Under the pieces are notes generated by a model. It was not told the origin of the DNA. It did not search any database and saw only the letters and a list, made by a program, of their open reading frames with translations. From the human T2T-CHM13v2.0 reference genome, Homo sapiens, in NCBI RefSeq assembly GCF_009914755.1, contig NC_060929.1: DNA of 64,000 bases, one strand, 5' to 3'. The stretch's first letter is position 1; the number at the start of each line of letters is the position of its first letter. A program made the translations under genes and the position numbers. Positions 38,449 to 64,000 of the stretch are shown here, one piece after another.

Positions 38449-39119
38449 TCCATGATTCGTGCAAATAGCTATCCAGGGATGGACAGCCACCCTAATCTGG
38501 GCTTCTGGCACCACAGGCCTCCAGCTATGGGGTCCAGGGTCTGAACCTCAGGGCCTGGCAGCTTCAGGCTGGCGCCCCTCGGCGGACGTGGCTGGCATGG
38601 CCTTCTCCCATCTGTGATGGCTTCAGCAAGGCTACTGTGAGTGGTGGTGGAGAGGGCCCCAGAGCCAGAATATCCATCATTCTCTTCTGTTCTGGAGACA
38701 AACCCACACTTCCCACAGCTCCTCACAGAGGGGTAGGGGTGTGCGTGGGGCAGGTCCTGCTACAGAGCTTGAAGCAAAAATTAAACACACACACAAATTG
38801 GTCATGGCAACTAGAGGGCCTGAAACCACTTCCGGGAGGTTTTGAAGGAAGGGGGTCTTGGCTGCCTCCCACTCTTAGGATTGCTGCTCCTGGAGGCTTC
38901 TGCAACGGATGGTGGGTCAAAGCCGGATGAGGCCTCTCTCCACTCAGCAGCAGGGAAGGAGTTTTTCCCAGTCACTCCCAGCAGAGTACAAATGAAAGCC
39001 TTCTGGGTGGAGCCTCCCCAGTCCTGTAAACAGCTCAGTTCAGGGACTGGTATACAAGCTGGCCACCCATCTCAGCCTCTCATCCAGCTGAGGCTCTGGC
39101 CACACCGTGCAAGTGGCTT

Positions 39120-39151
39120 CTAGTTTCTTGGCAATCTGAGATCAGCTGGCT
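39120..39151 (-). CDS. TNIP1: TNIP1 alternative terminal coding segment (beta-type C-terminus EPADLRLPRN*)
   Basis: ccttcatcttgcag|AG CCA GCT GAT CTC AGA TTG CCA AGA AAC TAG; same phase as the main acceptor. Confidence 0.8.
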
Positions 39152-39190
39152 CTGCAAGATGAAGGTGGAGCCAAATGACACAATCTGGTC

Positions 39191-60739
<21,549 letters not shown>

Positions 60740-61540
60740 CTGTGGGGCAGGGGAACAGACAGGGTGAGGGAAAGGAGGGGCCCCTCCCAGGTGCAGGCTG
60801 AGCTAGAGGATGGTGGGGGGCCTGTAGCCACCCCAGGGCCCAACTCCTTATCCCCTTTGCCTGGCCTCACCCCATCCCTCTCTAAGGAGCTAAGCCACTT
60901 GGCCACCCACGTGTCCTCTCCCTTGGGAGCCAACTACGGAGAAGCCTGACCAAGTATCAGCCATGGGGCCTTCTGCTCCTCCAAGACAGACAGCTCCATC
61001 CCTTCTCCTTCATCCCTGCTCCCACTGCCGGGACCCCTATTCCCCACCAGCCTCCCCCAGCTGACTTCTACTCTTCTTTGAAGTCTTAGTTTAAATCCCA
61101 TCTCCTCAGAGAAGTCCTCCCTGACTCCCCGATCCAGCTACATTAGGCTAACTCCGTTATCCTTGCTCACAGCCCCCCGCTTTTACGCTTCTCAGCACCT
61201 GTGGCAGATAAAGCTAAAGAACTGTTCGTGCTGCTGTTTTCTTAATATCTACCCCCTTACCCCTAATTAATTCCTGAGCTCCCGGAGGGCTGGGACCCCT
61301 AACCATCCTCTTGTTCACTGCCAGATCCCCAGCCCCCAGCTCAAAGTTTGTGGAAGGAACAACATGACTGAACAGCCAAATGAGCAAATGGACAAATGAG
61401 CAGGCGAGTCCTAGGGGGGCTGAAAGGCACACCAATTTGCAGGTGTGAGAGGTGCCCAGTGTTGCCAAGGGGAAAACCAGAAGACAAGGCATTCAGTCGG
61501 GACCTCACTATGCCCTCACGCCCTCACAATGTGGCTGTGA

Positions 61541-61944
<404 letters not shown>

Positions 61945-62773
61945 TGAGACAGTGAGAGTGGAAGTGTCCATGAACCATCAGTCACTTGCTTATGTGCGGG
62001 GACTCATATTGGAAGCTCTGTGAACTGGGGGCATGGAAGAGGGGTCGCCAGACTCAGGACCTCACAGGCTGGGGGGAAGGGAAGGTGCTGACTAGCAATG
62101 CTAGCATACAGTGTCAGCACAGAGTTGTTCAATCTTTCCACAGATCCTCACTGAGCACCTCACCTGTGCCAGGTACATTGCTCGGTGTTTCTCCATATAC
62201 TGCCTCACTGGTGCCTCACAACTTCCTCAAAGCTAAGTAACTCATCTCTATGTTAAAGGTAGGGAAACCAGGTAAAATGATACAGTCTAACAGGTGCACA
62301 GCTGCTAAGACTCATCACTGGCGGGGAGTAAAACTCCAATTGGCAGACCCCACACTGGTGTCTCTTCCCCCTGTGATGAAAGATCAGAGAAGGGAGAGAG
62401 ATGGTGCCCAAAGGAGGGGACAGCCTTTGAGCTGGGCCAGGACCAGGGCCATTCACTAAACAGCCATCTGCTGCCTTCCACCTCCCAGGCCTGTTGCAGG
62501 TGGATGCAACCATGTGACTAGTTCTGGCCAACAAAAGAGGTGTAGAAGGGACAAGCATCACTCCTGGACTGGCCTACGCACAATTCTCCAGTCTCTTTTT
62601 CCTGGTAGCAGGGGCTGATGTGGATGCCTCGTATTCTAAAGGGCACCGGAAAGTTGGGCCCCTGTCTCCCTGGGACTCTAAGGAACTGTGTAGAGCAGAA
62701 ACAAACCCCTGCCACACAGAATAGGAGGGAAAACTTTTGTTGTGTAACCCAGGGAGATTTCAGAGTTGTTTCA

Positions 62774-63180
<407 letters not shown>

Positions 63181-64000
63181 AAATCAAAAAATTATTGTTA
63201 TGAGTCCATTCAATGCCTAGCAGAGAGCCTTATGCTATACCTGACCTTGAATATGTTTGTTTAGTGAACCAAGAAACACATCAGTGAATGAATGAGGAGG
63301 AACTGGATCAATACACCTCCACCCAGGCAGTAAAAATACCTGAGATGCCATGTCTCTGGGCGAGGCCTCCAGGGAACAGAATGGCCTGCTCCTAGTCCCT
63401 AAGGGAAGGCCAGGACAAGGCCTCACTTGCTGTCCTACCCTTGCAGTCTAGAGAGCTGTTTCCTTGGAGTCTCTGGGCCAATGCCCTGGGTGCAAACCGG
63501 CCAATGGATAGAATCATCAGAGGTCACAAAGATCATCACCTTCCATCCAAGGTGCTACGAGAGCTATGAGTTCATTTGATCATTTATTATTTTGTCCTTT
63601 CATTCATTCACCAAGTGTGTATGAAGTGCCACGAACTGGGACGCAACAGTGAATACAACAGACATGGTGCCTGCCCCCCTCAAGCTTACCTTCTAGCAGA
63701 GAGTATAAGAAAAAAAAGAGTATAAGAAAAAATGTATTAAATAAAATTATTACAAACTATGATAAGAGCTAAGAAGGAAATAAACAAGGAGGGGACTGAA
63801 ATAAAAAATAACAGAGGTTGGCAGGACCCCTTTTAAGGGGCCTAGGATCTATCCCCATCTCAAAGCTGAAAAGTGGATGCGCAAAGTGCTCTCACCCCAG
63901 GCACCTTCCTACCCTGCCCACAGCCTAGGCACTGTGCCAGGCTCACCTTGCCAGGGTTCAGCCTGGATACCTTGAAGCCTCACTGACATCTTAAAGGGGT

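Overview
Primate genomic DNA, almost certainly the human GPX3/TNIP1 locus (5q33.1), identified from the proteins I translated by hand. Bases 1-28.5 kb are repeat-rich and intergenic: a nested pair of ERV1 proviral relics with tRNA-Phe and tRNA-Arg primer sites, many Alus, LTRs, and L1 and MER fragments. The complete GPX3 selenoprotein gene lies on + (5 exons, 226 aa, in-frame UGA = Sec73, type II SECIS in the 3'UTR). It converges tail-to-tail with the last 12 coding exons of TNIP1/ABIN-1 on - (residues 210-636, including the UBAN motif). The most unusual observation is a MADE1 (Hsmar1 MITE) just past the GPX3 poly(A) site that is split by a ~105-bp captured copy of the GPX3 3'UTR ending in the 5' half of the SECIS. 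Other points of interest are a nested-palindrome cluster of TAAGTG motifs before the Sec exon, a 27-nt in-frame microexon candidate in GPX3, a GC-AG intron and an alternative terminal acceptor in TNIP1, and a ~0.9-kb 21-bp minisatellite next to TNIP1 exon 16. I found no credible new protein-coding system. Most ORF-track entries are spurious. Repeat family names come from recalled consensus sequences, and repeat boundaries are approximate.
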